A DNA stretch of 64,000 nucleotides from an uncultured Nitrososphaerota archaeon (GTDB lineage: Archaea; Thermoproteota; Nitrososphaeria; Nitrososphaerales; Gagatemarchaeaceae), in contig CAVRAG010000008.1 of the NCBI GenBank assembly GCA_963718895.1, positions 1,344,001 through 1,408,000 of the forward strand. The letters are read 5' to 3'. Made by a program: the position numbers and the translations under genes. Positions 1-8,792 of the stretch are shown here, piece after piece. Under the pieces are notes generated by a model. That model made no database searches. It was not told the DNA's origin and saw only the letters and a program-made list of their open reading frames with translations. Each line of letters opens with the position of its first letter. Position 1 is the first letter of the stretch.

Positions 1-1
1 G

Positions 2-175
2 GAACTCGACGACTGGTGGCTCAAGTTCGTCGGACAGTACTGGCCAATCCCGGCGGTGCTCCTGATAGCCGCGGCAATCGCACTCCCCCTGATCTCGAAC
101 CGCCTCCTGTCGAAGGGCCAGAATGAGCGAGGCGGCGTCACGGAGCCTCCTGAGGGAGGACTTGAGGGCACCTAG
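2..175 (+). CDS. 3' end of a membrane protein (truncated by window edge)
   Basis: Open frame ELDDWWLKFVGQYWPIPAVLLIAAAIALPLISNR...EGT* with a hydrophobic stretch; TAG at 173-175. Confidence 0.6.
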   Translation, partial: ELDDWWLKFVGQYWPIPAVLLIAAAIALPLISNRLLSKGQNERGGVTEPPEGGLEGT

Positions 176-202
176 ACGACGGTTTCGTCACACCGCGCCA
201 TT

Positions 203-370
203 CTAGTAGCCGATCTCGGAGCTCGGTCTCAGGTGCCGCATCGACTTGACACGTCCGCACTTCATGCACTTGTAGTTGCCTCTTCCCCGCGGGTTGTACC
301 TCCTCGTGTCCACTACGAGCTCGTGTTCCGTCCTCATCATGCACCTCTCGCAGTACCTGTTCTCGACCAA
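203..370 (-). CDS. Small Zn-finger protein, 55 aa (not in ORF track)
   Basis: Manual translation from TTG: MVENRYCERCMMRTEHELVVDTRRYNPRGRGNYKCMKCGRVKSMRHLRPSSEIGY*; two CxxC pairs; TTTATATA box upstream on the minus strand. Confidence 0.8.
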   Translation of the reverse strand: MVENRYCERCMMRTEHELVVDTRRYNPRGRGNYKCMKCGRVKSMRHLRPSSEIGY

Positions 371-401
371 CGCGGGTTGTCCCTGTCGGGTTGGTTCATC
401 G

Positions 402-409
402 TATATAAA
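402..409 (-). promoter_or_regulatory. Archaeal TATA box of the Zn-finger microprotein gene
   Basis: TTTATATA on the minus strand about 32 nt upstream of the TTG at 370. Confidence 0.6.
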
Positions 410-525
410 GCACGGGGGCCGCGTTCAAGGAACCCGGAGCCGACACGAGGCGGGTAGGGGGACCGCATGAGAACAGGAGCGCCCAACGCTTAAAGCCTGA
501 CGTCCGAGCGGGCGGAAGAGGGATT

Positions 526-912
526 ATGTCACAGCCTCTTGAGATTACAATCGAGCCCTACAGGAAGATCGTGATCCACGAGATTGTCGAGATCGCCTTC
601 AACGACCTGATAGACCATATGATTCACCAGACCAACTCGGTCGGAGGTTCGACCATCCCCGTGCTCCCCTGGTGCAACGGAGTCGCCTTCCAGATCGTCC
701 CTTTCAACCCAAACAGCGAGGAGATAATCAAGGAGAGCCTCAAGGGAACGATCCACTACTCGTCGGTTACGTTCGCCGTGAAGGACGTCTTCGAACGCGA
801 GATCATCCGCCCTTCCGGGACCGTGACCCTGTTGAACCAGAACGCCAACGCCAACTACCTCGCTCTCGCCGAGACGCTCAAGATGGCAAGGATGCACCCT
901 GACCGTCGATAG
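526..912 (+). CDS. Conserved archaeal hypothetical protein
   Basis: 128 aa with normal composition (IVIHE...LPWCNGVAF); TTAAA about 30 nt upstream. Confidence 0.8.
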   Translation: MSQPLEITIEPYRKIVIHEIVEIAFNDLIDHMIHQTNSVGGSTIPVLPWCNGVAFQIVPFNPNSEEIIKESLKGTIHYSSVTFAVKDVFEREIIRPSGTVTLLNQNANANYLALAETLKMARMHPDRR

Positions 913-967
913 ACCGAACTCAGGTCCAAGTAAGACATAAATACTAAATCCAGATTCCGCACCTATT

Positions 968-1315
968 ATGCAAGAGGTACTACCCATCGTCCAGTTCAGC
1001 ACCCCAGCCAGGGAGAAGTTGAAGGAAGCACTGAAGGAGCAGAACACCTCGGACGCATTCCTAAGGATAGATGTTTACGCGACGGGTGGTTGCGCTTGCA
1101 GCGGCGGCTACAAGTATGGCATGGGCCTGGAGGACAAGGCGAGGCCGGACGACGTCATGGAGCAGATCGAGGACATCAAGGTCGTAACTGACAAGAACAA
1201 CGTCGAGATTCTCAGGGGCTCCAAGATCGACTACTCCGAGACCGTCCAGAGAAGGGGCTTCAGAATCATCAACCCGAACGTCCAGGCGGGCGGATGCGGT
1301 TGCGGCGGCCACTGA
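968..1315 (+). CDS. iscA: HesB/IscA-family Fe-S cluster carrier protein
   Basis: GGCACSGGYKY motif, GSKIDY, GFRIINPN and C-terminal CGCG. Confidence 0.92.
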   Translation: MQEVLPIVQFSTPAREKLKEALKEQNTSDAFLRIDVYATGGCACSGGYKYGMGLEDKARPDDVMEQIEDIKVVTDKNNVEILRGSKIDYSETVQRRGFRIINPNVQAGGCGCGGH

Positions 1316-1343
1316 CCGACTAGATACGTCAACTCAGCTCGCC

Positions 1344-1374
1344 CCGGAGGAGCATCCAGACTGCATCCCTCCGG
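1344..1374. terminator. Hairpin between convergent iscA and fumC
   Basis: CCGGAGG (1344-1350) is complementary to CCTCCGG (1368-1374). Confidence 0.35.
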
Positions 1375-1390
1375 CATCAGGCCGCGGGGT

Positions 1391-2710
1391 TCAGCGGCTC
1401 TTCGATGAAGAGCCCACGAGCTTCTTCATGTCCAGTATCCGGCCGACCTCCCTGTCGCTGTATCCCATCTCCTTCAGTGCGTCCCTTATCGAGTACTCGC
1501 GCGAGAGCTTCTTCCCGATGGCCGAGGCCTTGTCGTAGCCCACCGCTGGCGAGATGACGGTTATCAGCGACGGGCTCCTCTCTGCGTACGACCTGAGCCG
1601 GGCCTTGTTCGGCACCACGTCGGCCAGCACGAGAGAGGAGACCTTCCTGAGAGCCTCTGAGAGAAGCTTGAGCTGCAGGTTCACGTTGTACCCCATCAGC
1701 GGGACGCCCATGCTGAGCTCGAACTCACCGAGCATGCCCGCGAGCTGGTTGGCCTGGTCGAGGCCGTACACCTGCGAGCAGACGAGAAGCGCCGCCTCGA
1801 GGGTGACCGGGTTCGTCTTCCCCGGCATTATGCTGCTTCCGGCGACCTCGTTCTGTCGTGGCAGGTCTATCTCTCCGAGCCCCGTGAGCGGCCCGGAGAA
1901 CATGAGCCTGAGGTCCTGACAGAGCCTGTACAGGTCGAGCGCCGTGACCCTGAGCGCTGAGCTGAGCGCGACGAGGTCCGAGAGGAGCCTCATGGCGCGG
2001 AACCTGTTGCCTGCTTCCGAGAATCCGAGGCCCGTCGCCTTGTTCAATCCGCCCACGACCAGCTTCCCGAAGCGAGGGCTCGTGTTAATCCCGGTCCCTA
2101 CCGCCGTTCCGCCGAGGGGAAGCTCCCTGACATACCTCAGGGCGCCTGAGACGAGGTGCCTGTCGTGGGCGAACGCGTCGGCGTACGCCCCGAACTCCTG
2201 ACCCATCGTGACGGGCATCGCGTCTCTCAGGTGGGTCCTCCCGGACTTGTAGACCGAGGAGGTCTTCTCGGCGAGGCCGGTGAGGCTTCTTGAGATTAGG
2301 CCCATGCTCGGGAGCAGCTCCCTGTGTGCGACCGAAACGGCCGCCACACGGATGGCTGTGGGGACCACGTCGTTCGAAGACTGGCCCATGTTCACATGGT
2401 CGTTGGGATGGACCTTCAACCCGGAGGTCTCCGACGCCCGCTCGGCGATCACCTCGTTGACGTTCATGTTGATGCCTGTGCCGGAGCCCGTCTGGAAGAC
2501 GTCGACCGTCATCCTGCCGTCGAACTTCCCGCCCATGACCTCGCCCGCGGCGGCGGCGATTGCCCCGGAGGTTCCGGCGTCGAGCTTGCCGAGGGACTGG
2601 TTCGCGCCCGCAGAGAGTTGCTTGATCAGGGCCACGGACCAGACTATCTCTTTGGGGAAGGTCGTGCCCGTGCGCATGAAGAGCTTCTCGGCGCCCTCCA
2701 CGTACTTCAT
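1391..2710 (-). CDS. fumC: Class II fumarate hydratase (fumarase/aspartase family)
   Basis: QTGSGT, HPNDHVNMGQSSND, GRTHLRDA and GSSIMPGKTNP signatures. Confidence 0.9.
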   Translation of the reverse strand: MKYVEGAEKLFMRTGTTFPKEIVWSVALIKQLSAGANQSLGKLDAGTSGAIAAAAGEVMGGKFDGRMTVDVFQTGSGTGINMNVNEVIAERASETSGLKVHPNDHVNMGQSSNDVVPTAIRVAAVSVAHRELLPSMGLISRSLTGLAEKTSSVYKSGRTHLRDAMPVTMGQEFGAYADAFAHDRHLVSGALRYVRELPLGGTAVGTGINTSPRFGKLVVGGLNKATGLGFSEAGNRFRAMRLLSDLVALSSALRVTALDLYRLCQDLRLMFSGPLTGLGEIDLPRQNEVAGSSIMPGKTNPVTLEAALLVCSQVYGLDQANQLAGMLGEFELSMGVPLMGYNVNLQLKLLSEALRKVSSLVLADVVPNKARLRSYAERSPSLITVISPAVGYDKASAIGKKLSREYSIRDALKEMGYSDREVGRILDMKKLVGSSSKSR

Positions 2711-2756
2711 GCCAAGGTCGACCGCGTCTGCCTTTCTTAAGGCTTGGGAGGTGGGG

Positions 2757-3254
2757 TCATCGTCTCTGCCGGACGCCTATCTTCTCGATGAGACGGCCGA
2801 GCTCGGAGTCGTCGACCGCGTCGACCCGCAGGTACTTCAGAATCTCGTCCTCGCTCATCTGGAGCCGCTTCGCTTCGTCGATGGTGTACCGGTACGCCTC
2901 AATCTCGGTCGGCCTATCGACGTACTCGAAGGTCTGGTCGTAGAGGTCGCGGCCGTCGAGGAACTGCTTGACGTGGACCAGGACGTGGATGACATCGAGG
3001 TAGAGACAGTTGATCCTCGCAGAGGCCAGGTACTTCGATCCTATGCAGACCGAGCCTGTGTTGTGGTCGAGCCAGATGCCCCAGTCCGAGTCTACTATCC
3101 CCAGCTTAAGGTGATGGATTATCTTGAGCATGCTCCTCTGAGAACCGAAGAGCCTAAGAAGGGTTGGCGAGTTCTCAACGCCGATGAATATCTGGGTGAA
3201 CTTGTACTCTCCCAGACCGACGTTTCTCTTCGCCTTGAAGACCTTGAGGGGCAA
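2757..3254 (-). CDS. Zincin-like hypothetical protein with HVxxH in place of HExxH
   Basis: YLDVIHVLVHVKQ...YVDRPTEIEAY; start moved to the TTG at 3254 to avoid overlap with the divergent gene. Confidence 0.75.
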   Translation of the reverse strand: MPLKVFKAKRNVGLGEYKFTQIFIGVENSPTLLRLFGSQRSMLKIIHHLKLGIVDSDWGIWLDHNTGSVCIGSKYLASARINCLYLDVIHVLVHVKQFLDGRDLYDQTFEYVDRPTEIEAYRYTIDEAKRLQMSEDEILKYLRVDAVDDSELGRLIEKIGVRQRR

Positions 3255-3346
3255 GCTAAGGGAAGAGCGACCGTTTGCAATCAAAAGACCGGAACTCAAA
3301 AACTCTTCACTCCTTACACCCGAAATCGCAACAAGGGGCCCGACGA

Positions 3347-4648
3347 ATGACCGTTGCCACAATTAGCGGGATACGGGGGATCTACAACGGGGACCTCCTG
3401 CCGGCAGACGTAGCCGAGTACGCGAGGAACTTCTCTTCGCTGGTGGCCTCGCCTGAGGTCCTGGTCGGCAGGGACACCCGGTTCACGGGCGACCTCATCT
3501 CGAGGGTAGTCAAGGGCGCGATGCTGGATGCCGGGAAGAGCGTCATCGACTACGGCGTGATCTCCACCCCCGCTCTCTTTAGGGAAAGCAGGGTGAAGGA
3601 GAGGGGCGCCGTGATGATAACGGCATCCCACAACGAACCGGAGTGGAACGGCATGAAGTTTGTCCTGAACGGACGGGGGGTGGTCCAGGCAGAATTCGAC
3701 CGGATCGTCAGGCACGGGAGGGACCGCCCACGCGGCTCGGGGCCGGCGACCGTGCGGCGCGGCCCGACCCCTTCGTACGCAGGGGAGCTGGTGAAGAAGT
3801 CCGGTGAGGGGTCCTGTGATGGAGTGAAGGTGGCGGTCGACCTGAACGGCGGCTCTGCGATAGCCCACGCCCCCGCGATACTGCGGGCACTCGGGTGCGA
3901 CCTGTCGGTGCTGGGCGGGACGCCGGGGCTCTTCAGCAGGAAGATAGATCCGACCAATGACGACCTGGTGCTACTCTCCAAGACGGTGAGAGACAGGGGC
4001 TGCGACGTGGGGTTCGCCTTCGATTGTGATGGAGACAGGCTCGTCCTTGTCGACAACGCCGGGAGGAACAGGACGGGGGACTACATGCTCACTCTCGCCA
4101 TGAAGGAGACACTCCCCGGGCTCCGGGACCGCTCGGTCGTCGTCTCGGCGGATACCACTCAGGCCATCGATGACGTCGTCTCGGAACTCGGCGGGAAGAC
4201 CCACAGGTCCAGAGTGGGAGAGGCGAACGTGATATCGAAGATGATGGAGGAGCACGTGGAGATTGGTGGTGAGGGGAGCAGCGGGGGCATGATCGACGGC
4301 CGGTTCAACCTCTGCAGGGACTCGATGCTGGCCGCGATCACGATAGTCGGAGCAATCAAGAGGAGGGGCCCCAGGGTCCTGGATCAGGTCCCTTCCTATC
4401 ACCAGGTGAGACTGAGGGTCGAAATGGAGAGGAAGAAGGCACTCGTGGCCATCAAGAAACTACGAGCGCAGAATCCCGAGGCCGACATGCTCGACGGCAT
4501 CAAGATCAAGGTCTCGAACCGCTCGTGGGTCCTGATCAGGGCTTCAGGGACCGAGGACGTAGTCAGGGTCTCGACCGAGTCACCGTCTGCGAAGGAGGCC
4601 CAGCAGTTGGCGGACTCGTACATCGAGAGGGTCAGGAGGCTCGCCTAG
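3347..4648 (+). CDS. Phosphomannomutase/phosphoglucomutase family protein
   Basis: SGIRG, TASHN phosphoserine loop, FDCDGDR metal loop, RASGTE; ATG at 3347. Confidence 0.92.
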   Translation: MTVATISGIRGIYNGDLLPADVAEYARNFSSLVASPEVLVGRDTRFTGDLISRVVKGAMLDAGKSVIDYGVISTPALFRESRVKERGAVMITASHNEPEWNGMKFVLNGRGVVQAEFDRIVRHGRDRPRGSGPATVRRGPTPSYAGELVKKSGEGSCDGVKVAVDLNGGSAIAHAPAILRALGCDLSVLGGTPGLFSRKIDPTNDDLVLLSKTVRDRGCDVGFAFDCDGDRLVLVDNAGRNRTGDYMLTLAMKETLPGLRDRSVVVSADTTQAIDDVVSELGGKTHRSRVGEANVISKMMEEHVEIGGEGSSGGMIDGRFNLCRDSMLAAITIVGAIKRRGPRVLDQVPSYHQVRLRVEMERKKALVAIKKLRAQNPEADMLDGIKIKVSNRSWVLIRASGTEDVVRVSTESPSAKEAQQLADSYIERVRRLA

Positions 4649-4649
4649 G

Positions 4650-5594
4650 ATGAACGAGTATGATATCATAGACCTCCTGACGAAGACCGCGGGAAGGCTG
4701 CCCCCAGGTTACTCCCCGATAGGGGATGATGTCGCGGCCCTTCCCAGCTCGCCAGGGAGGCTCGTCCTCAAGGCGGACATGCTCGTGGGACGAACCGACG
4801 TGCCGCCCGGGATGACCTGGAGGCAGGCTGCCCGGAAAGCCGTGGCGATGTGCGTTAGCGACTTCGCCTCGAAGGGGGTCATGCCGCAGGCACTGATGGT
4901 ATCCTTGGGGATACCGCGCAGCCTGGACGAGAAGGGCGTCCGGGCCCTGGCCCGCGGCTTTCAGGACGGGATGGGAGAGTGGTCCCTTCATCTCGTGGGT
5001 GGTGACACGAACGAGGCAGACGATGTGATAATCGACTGCGTCCTTGCCGGCTTCGCCGACCGTGTCGTCGAGAGGAGCGGGGCGAGTCCCGGCGAGTTAG
5101 TGGTCGTCACGGGCGAGTTCGGAACGACCTCTGCGGGGCTGAAGATCCTTCTCGAGGGGGCGCGCTCCGCTCCTGGATTCAGGGAGCTGGCGCTCAAGAA
5201 CGTCTACAGGCCCTCGCCGAGGCTGGAGTGCGGGCTCGCGCTCCGAGGCTGCCTCTCGGCCGCGATGGACTCGAGCGACGGACTGGCGATCTGTCTGCAC
5301 ACCATCGCCGAAGCCAGCGAGGTCGGGATGAGGATAGACCGGCTGCCCTACAGGCGGCAGCTGGAAGGGTTCGCCTCTGAGAACCGCTACCGGGTCGACG
5401 AACTCGTGCTGTATGGCGGCGAGGAGTACGAGATAGTGGGGACAGTTCCCAAGACGAAGATCGGCGAGGCGGAGGCCGAGGCGAAGGCCACAGGCTCTCG
5501 TATCATGGTGATAGGAGAGACGACGGGGGGCAGGAGGGTCGTCATGGCTGACGGAAGCGCTATTGAGAAACGTGGCTGGATCCAGCTCAGCTAG
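4650..5594 (+). CDS. thiL: Thiamine-monophosphate kinase
   Basis: IGDDVA, SDFASKG, GGDT, MDSSDGL and GGEEYE motifs. Confidence 0.93.
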   Translation: MNEYDIIDLLTKTAGRLPPGYSPIGDDVAALPSSPGRLVLKADMLVGRTDVPPGMTWRQAARKAVAMCVSDFASKGVMPQALMVSLGIPRSLDEKGVRALARGFQDGMGEWSLHLVGGDTNEADDVIIDCVLAGFADRVVERSGASPGELVVVTGEFGTTSAGLKILLEGARSAPGFRELALKNVYRPSPRLECGLALRGCLSAAMDSSDGLAICLHTIAEASEVGMRIDRLPYRRQLEGFASENRYRVDELVLYGGEEYEIVGTVPKTKIGEAEAEAKATGSRIMVIGETTGGRRVVMADGSAIEKRGWIQLS

Positions 5595-6972
5595 CCGACG
5601 CGGACTTCACCAGTTTCACGAACTTCCTGAAGACGGAGCCCAACTTCTCCTCGGTGTCCGACTCCGCGAAGATCCTGATGATGGGCTCCGTCCCGCTCGG
5701 CCTGACAAGGACCCAGCTCTTGTCGTCTGTCCAGATCTTGAGCCCGTCAACCTTCTCGACCCGTTGGCCTCCCTGCCTCTCTATCGCCTTCATTATCTCC
5801 TTGACTCTCTCGGGAGCGACATTCACCTTCGTCTTTGCCTGGAAGAACCGCGGCAGGGTGTTGGCCATTATCTTGGAGAAGGGCAGGCCCCGCGCGGCGA
5901 GACACTCGAGCATGAGCACGGTGGCCATCCCGCCGTCCCTCACCGCGATGTGTGGTGGATAGATGCACCCGCCGTTCTCCTCGAAGCCGAAGAAAGCCCC
6001 GCGCTCAATCATCGTCCTTGAGACCTCGACGCTGCCCACCCTGGTGCGGATTACTCTGGCCTTCCGCCTCACGGCCACCGCCTCGACGACCTGCGAGGAA
6101 CTGATGGGTGTGACTATGGTGGCGTCGGGGGTCCCTTCCAGTAGGTAGTCTGCGATGAGTGAGCAGGATTGGTCGCCCCAGTAGACGGAACCGTTCTCGT
6201 CACAGAAGATGGCCCTGTCTCCGTCTCCGTCATAGGCGACCCCGAGGTCGGCCCCGACGGCCCGGACTGCAGCGCCGAGGTCACCCAGAGTCTCCGGAGT
6301 GGGCTCGGGTCCTCTCCCGGGGAATCGTCCGTCGATTATCGAGTTGATCGTTGTGATCTTGCAGCCGAGCATGTCGAGGAGGTAGGGCGCTGCGAGGCAC
6401 TGGGCCCCGTTCCCCGGGTCGACGACCACCGAGAACTTCCTCCCGGAGATGAGTCCGGTGTCGGCTTTCGAGAGAATCTCATTGAGGTAGGTCCGGATCA
6501 CGGACGGCTCGGCCCGCGACGTCCCCACCTCCTTCCAGTCCGCCCTCCTGAGAGAGCCGTCGCGGAAGACCTTCTCGATCTTCTGCTCGTCGAGCCTGGT
6601 GATCTCGATGCCGTCCGGGCCGATGACCTTCAGACCGTTGTACTCTGCCGGGTTGTGCGAGGCGGTCACCATGACGCCTCCTCTGTACCCGAGGGCCTTC
6701 ACCGCATACTGTAGTGCGGGCGTCGGCACGATCCCAGCCTCTGCCACGCCTCTGCCCGAGCTCATGAGTCCTGACGTGAGACCGAGCGAGAGCGCTTCGC
6801 CAGAGAGCCTGCCGTCCCTCCCCACCAGAATCTCGCCGTCCGAGAAGTAGGTCCCCGTGCACTCTGCGAACTTTATCACGAACTCGAGGTCGGCACTCAC
6901 CCCTGGGATGAACCGCACCCCGTTGGTTCCGAACAGCCTGCCTTGAGACCCCGTCACGGCGTCAGTTGTCAA
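5587..6972 (-). CDS. glmM: Phosphoglucosamine mutase / phosphohexomutase
   Basis: LFGTNGVR, TASHNP, YDGDGDR, EENGG, RPSGTEP. Confidence 0.85.
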   Translation of the reverse strand: MTTDAVTGSQGRLFGTNGVRFIPGVSADLEFVIKFAECTGTYFSDGEILVGRDGRLSGEALSLGLTSGLMSSGRGVAEAGIVPTPALQYAVKALGYRGGVMVTASHNPAEYNGLKVIGPDGIEITRLDEQKIEKVFRDGSLRRADWKEVGTSRAEPSVIRTYLNEILSKADTGLISGRKFSVVVDPGNGAQCLAAPYLLDMLGCKITTINSIIDGRFPGRGPEPTPETLGDLGAAVRAVGADLGVAYDGDGDRAIFCDENGSVYWGDQSCSLIADYLLEGTPDATIVTPISSSQVVEAVAVRRKARVIRTRVGSVEVSRTMIERGAFFGFEENGGCIYPPHIAVRDGGMATVLMLECLAARGLPFSKIMANTLPRFFQAKTKVNVAPERVKEIMKAIERQGGQRVEKVDGLKIWTDDKSWVLVRPSGTEPIIRIFAESDTEEKLGSVFRKFVKLVKSASAS

Positions 6973-7171
6973 GATTGCTCAACATTAAAAAGGTTGGTGG
7001 AAAGTGAAAATTTAGCAGAGACATCAGCGCAACTATGCAAATATGGCAGGTCAAGGGCGGCGCCCGTGTTCGAATCGACGGTCGCTTTTTCGTCTGTGAC
7101 CCTCTAGGGAGCGCGTTGGACGCCGCGACTTGCAAACGCTTATGTTGAATTGGAATCAGGCGCCAAAGCAA

Positions 7172-7261
7172 GGGCCCGTAGCTCAGCACGGATAGAGTGC
7201 CAGCCTTCTATGCTCCAGTGGAGACAGCTGGAAGTCGCCGGTTCAAATCCGGCCGGGCCCG
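7172..7261 (+). tRNA. tRNA-Arg(UCU) with a 15-nt intron at canonical position 37/38 (7211-7225)
   Basis: Acceptor stem GGGCCCG/CGGGCCC; anticodon stem CCAGC/GCTGG with TCT at 7207-7209; T arm GCCGG-TTCAAAT-CCGGC; intron TGCTCCAGTGGAGAC; CCA not encoded. Confidence 0.96.
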
Positions 7262-7363
7262 CTTCACTTCGGTGTCGGAAGTCCGGACAGCGTTGGGGAG
7301 CTGCTGGGTGCGACCGGAGGAGAGCGCCGGGGACACGGTAGCTGGAGCGACTCTGGGGTTGGG

Positions 7364-7370
7364 TTTTAAT
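7364..7370 (+). promoter_or_regulatory. TATA box for the FAD-linked oxidase (leaderless type)
   Basis: TTTTAAT 24-30 nt upstream of ATG 7394. Confidence 0.55.
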
Positions 7371-7393
7371 CACCGAGGACAGGCCGGGGGAGC

Positions 7394-8776
7394 ATGCAGA
7401 AGAGGGTCGAAGACCGAGTGCTCGAGCGCCTCGTCGAGATCAGTGGCAAGGAGAACGTCATGACCGCTGGTCCGGCCATCGAGGACTACAGACACGACAT
7501 GGCCGACTACGAGGCTACGCCCGCCGTCGTCGTCAGGCCAAGGTCCGAGCTGGAGGTTGCAAGCATCGTCGGCCTCGCACGAGGGGCCGGACTCACGATC
7601 CTGCCGAGGGGAGCGGGTAGCAGCCTGACGGGCGCCGCGGTCCTGGAAGGCTCCATCGTGCTGGACATGCGCGCCATGGACAAGGTCGTCAAGGTCGACA
7701 CGGTGAACTGGTACGTCCAGGTGCAGCCCGGGTTATCTCTCGAGGACCTCAACAAGGAGCTGAGATCCTCCGGATTCTTCTTCCCCCCCGACCCCGCGAG
7801 CAGCTACATTTGCACCGTCGGAGGGGCGATCGCCGAGGGGTCGGGCGGACTCAGGTGCGTGAGGTACGGCACGATGAAGGACTGGGTCATGTCACTGCGC
7901 GTCGTGCTCGCGAACGGAAAGGTGTCCCGCTTCGGCGAGCCACTGGCGAAGAACAGGGCCGGATACGACCTTGTTCACCTGTTCGTAGGCAGCGAGGGGA
8001 CCCTCGGCGTCATCACCGAGGCCTGCCTGAGGATAGTCCCGCTTCCAACGGTCAGGACCAGGAGGTTCCTCGTGACGTTCGGTGACTGGGAGTCCACGGG
8101 AGAGGTGATCAGGAGGCTCAGGTCCTCAAAGATACTTCCGTATCTCTTCGAGTTCCTGGACCGCGAGAACATCCAGGCGCTGAACGAGAAGCTTGAGATG
8201 ACCCTCGAGGAGGCTGAGGCGACCCTGCTGGTCGACGTGGAGGAAGGTGAGGTCGACCTCGCCACGGCCGTCTTCAGGGACTGCGGGGCGGGCAAGATAA
8301 CCCTGGCCAAAGACGAGGACGAGGCGGAGGCGTTCTACCAGGCGAGGGCGATGGCGTATCTGGCGGTGAAGACCCTGGCCTCGGGTGTCCAGGTGGAGGA
8401 CGTCGCGGTACCGATCGACAGGCTGGGAGACTATCTGAAGTTCGTCAAGGAGGTCGCCGCCAGACACGGGATCAGGATCCCCGTAAACGGGCATGCGGGA
8501 GACGGCAACGTGCACCCGACGATACTCTATGACAAGGACGACGAGAGGAGCAGGGGCGAGGCGAAGCTCGCCTTCGAGGAACTCTGCAGGAAGGCGATAG
8601 AGATGGGGGGTTCTGTCACGGCGGAACATGGCGTGGGGGTCCAGAAGGTGCAGTTCCTTCGCGAGCAGCTCCTCGCACACGAGGGCGGGGAGGCGCTCAG
8701 GCTGATGAAGGAGGTCAAGAGGGTTTTCGACCCGGACGGTATCATGAATCCTGGGAAGTACGTCGAAGTGGCGTGA
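7394..8776 (+). CDS. FAD-linked oxidase, GlcD / D-lactate dehydrogenase family
   Basis: PRGAGSSL, FPPDPAS, GSEGTLG, GHAGDGNVH, AEHGVG, DPDGIMNPGK. Confidence 0.92.
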   Translation: MQKRVEDRVLERLVEISGKENVMTAGPAIEDYRHDMADYEATPAVVVRPRSELEVASIVGLARGAGLTILPRGAGSSLTGAAVLEGSIVLDMRAMDKVVKVDTVNWYVQVQPGLSLEDLNKELRSSGFFFPPDPASSYICTVGGAIAEGSGGLRCVRYGTMKDWVMSLRVVLANGKVSRFGEPLAKNRAGYDLVHLFVGSEGTLGVITEACLRIVPLPTVRTRRFLVTFGDWESTGEVIRRLRSSKILPYLFEFLDRENIQALNEKLEMTLEEAEATLLVDVEEGEVDLATAVFRDCGAGKITLAKDEDEAEAFYQARAMAYLAVKTLASGVQVEDVAVPIDRLGDYLKFVKEVAARHGIRIPVNGHAGDGNVHPTILYDKDDERSRGEAKLAFEELCRKAIEMGGSVTAEHGVGVQKVQFLREQLLAHEGGEALRLMKEVKRVFDPDGIMNPGKYVEVA

Positions 8777-8792
8777 GTCCGGGAGCTAAGCC

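Noticed and set aside
2280-3350. Long antisense or alternative-frame ORFs (e.g. 2280-3350, 19694-20674, 45638-46564, 56707-57729)
   Set aside because: Shadows of real genes in GC-rich DNA; no motifs and full overlap with well-supported CDSs
3347-6972. Two phosphohexomutase paralogues flanking thiL as a novel system
   Set aside because: Both have standard motifs, and such paralogue pairs are ordinary archaeal housekeeping genes
7035-7148. GTTCGAATC T-loop-like motif and a 37-codon ORF (MQIWQVKGG...) upstream of the tRNA
   Set aside because: No acceptor, D or anticodon arms can be built; the ORF is short, has no recognisable motif and overlaps the tRNA promoter
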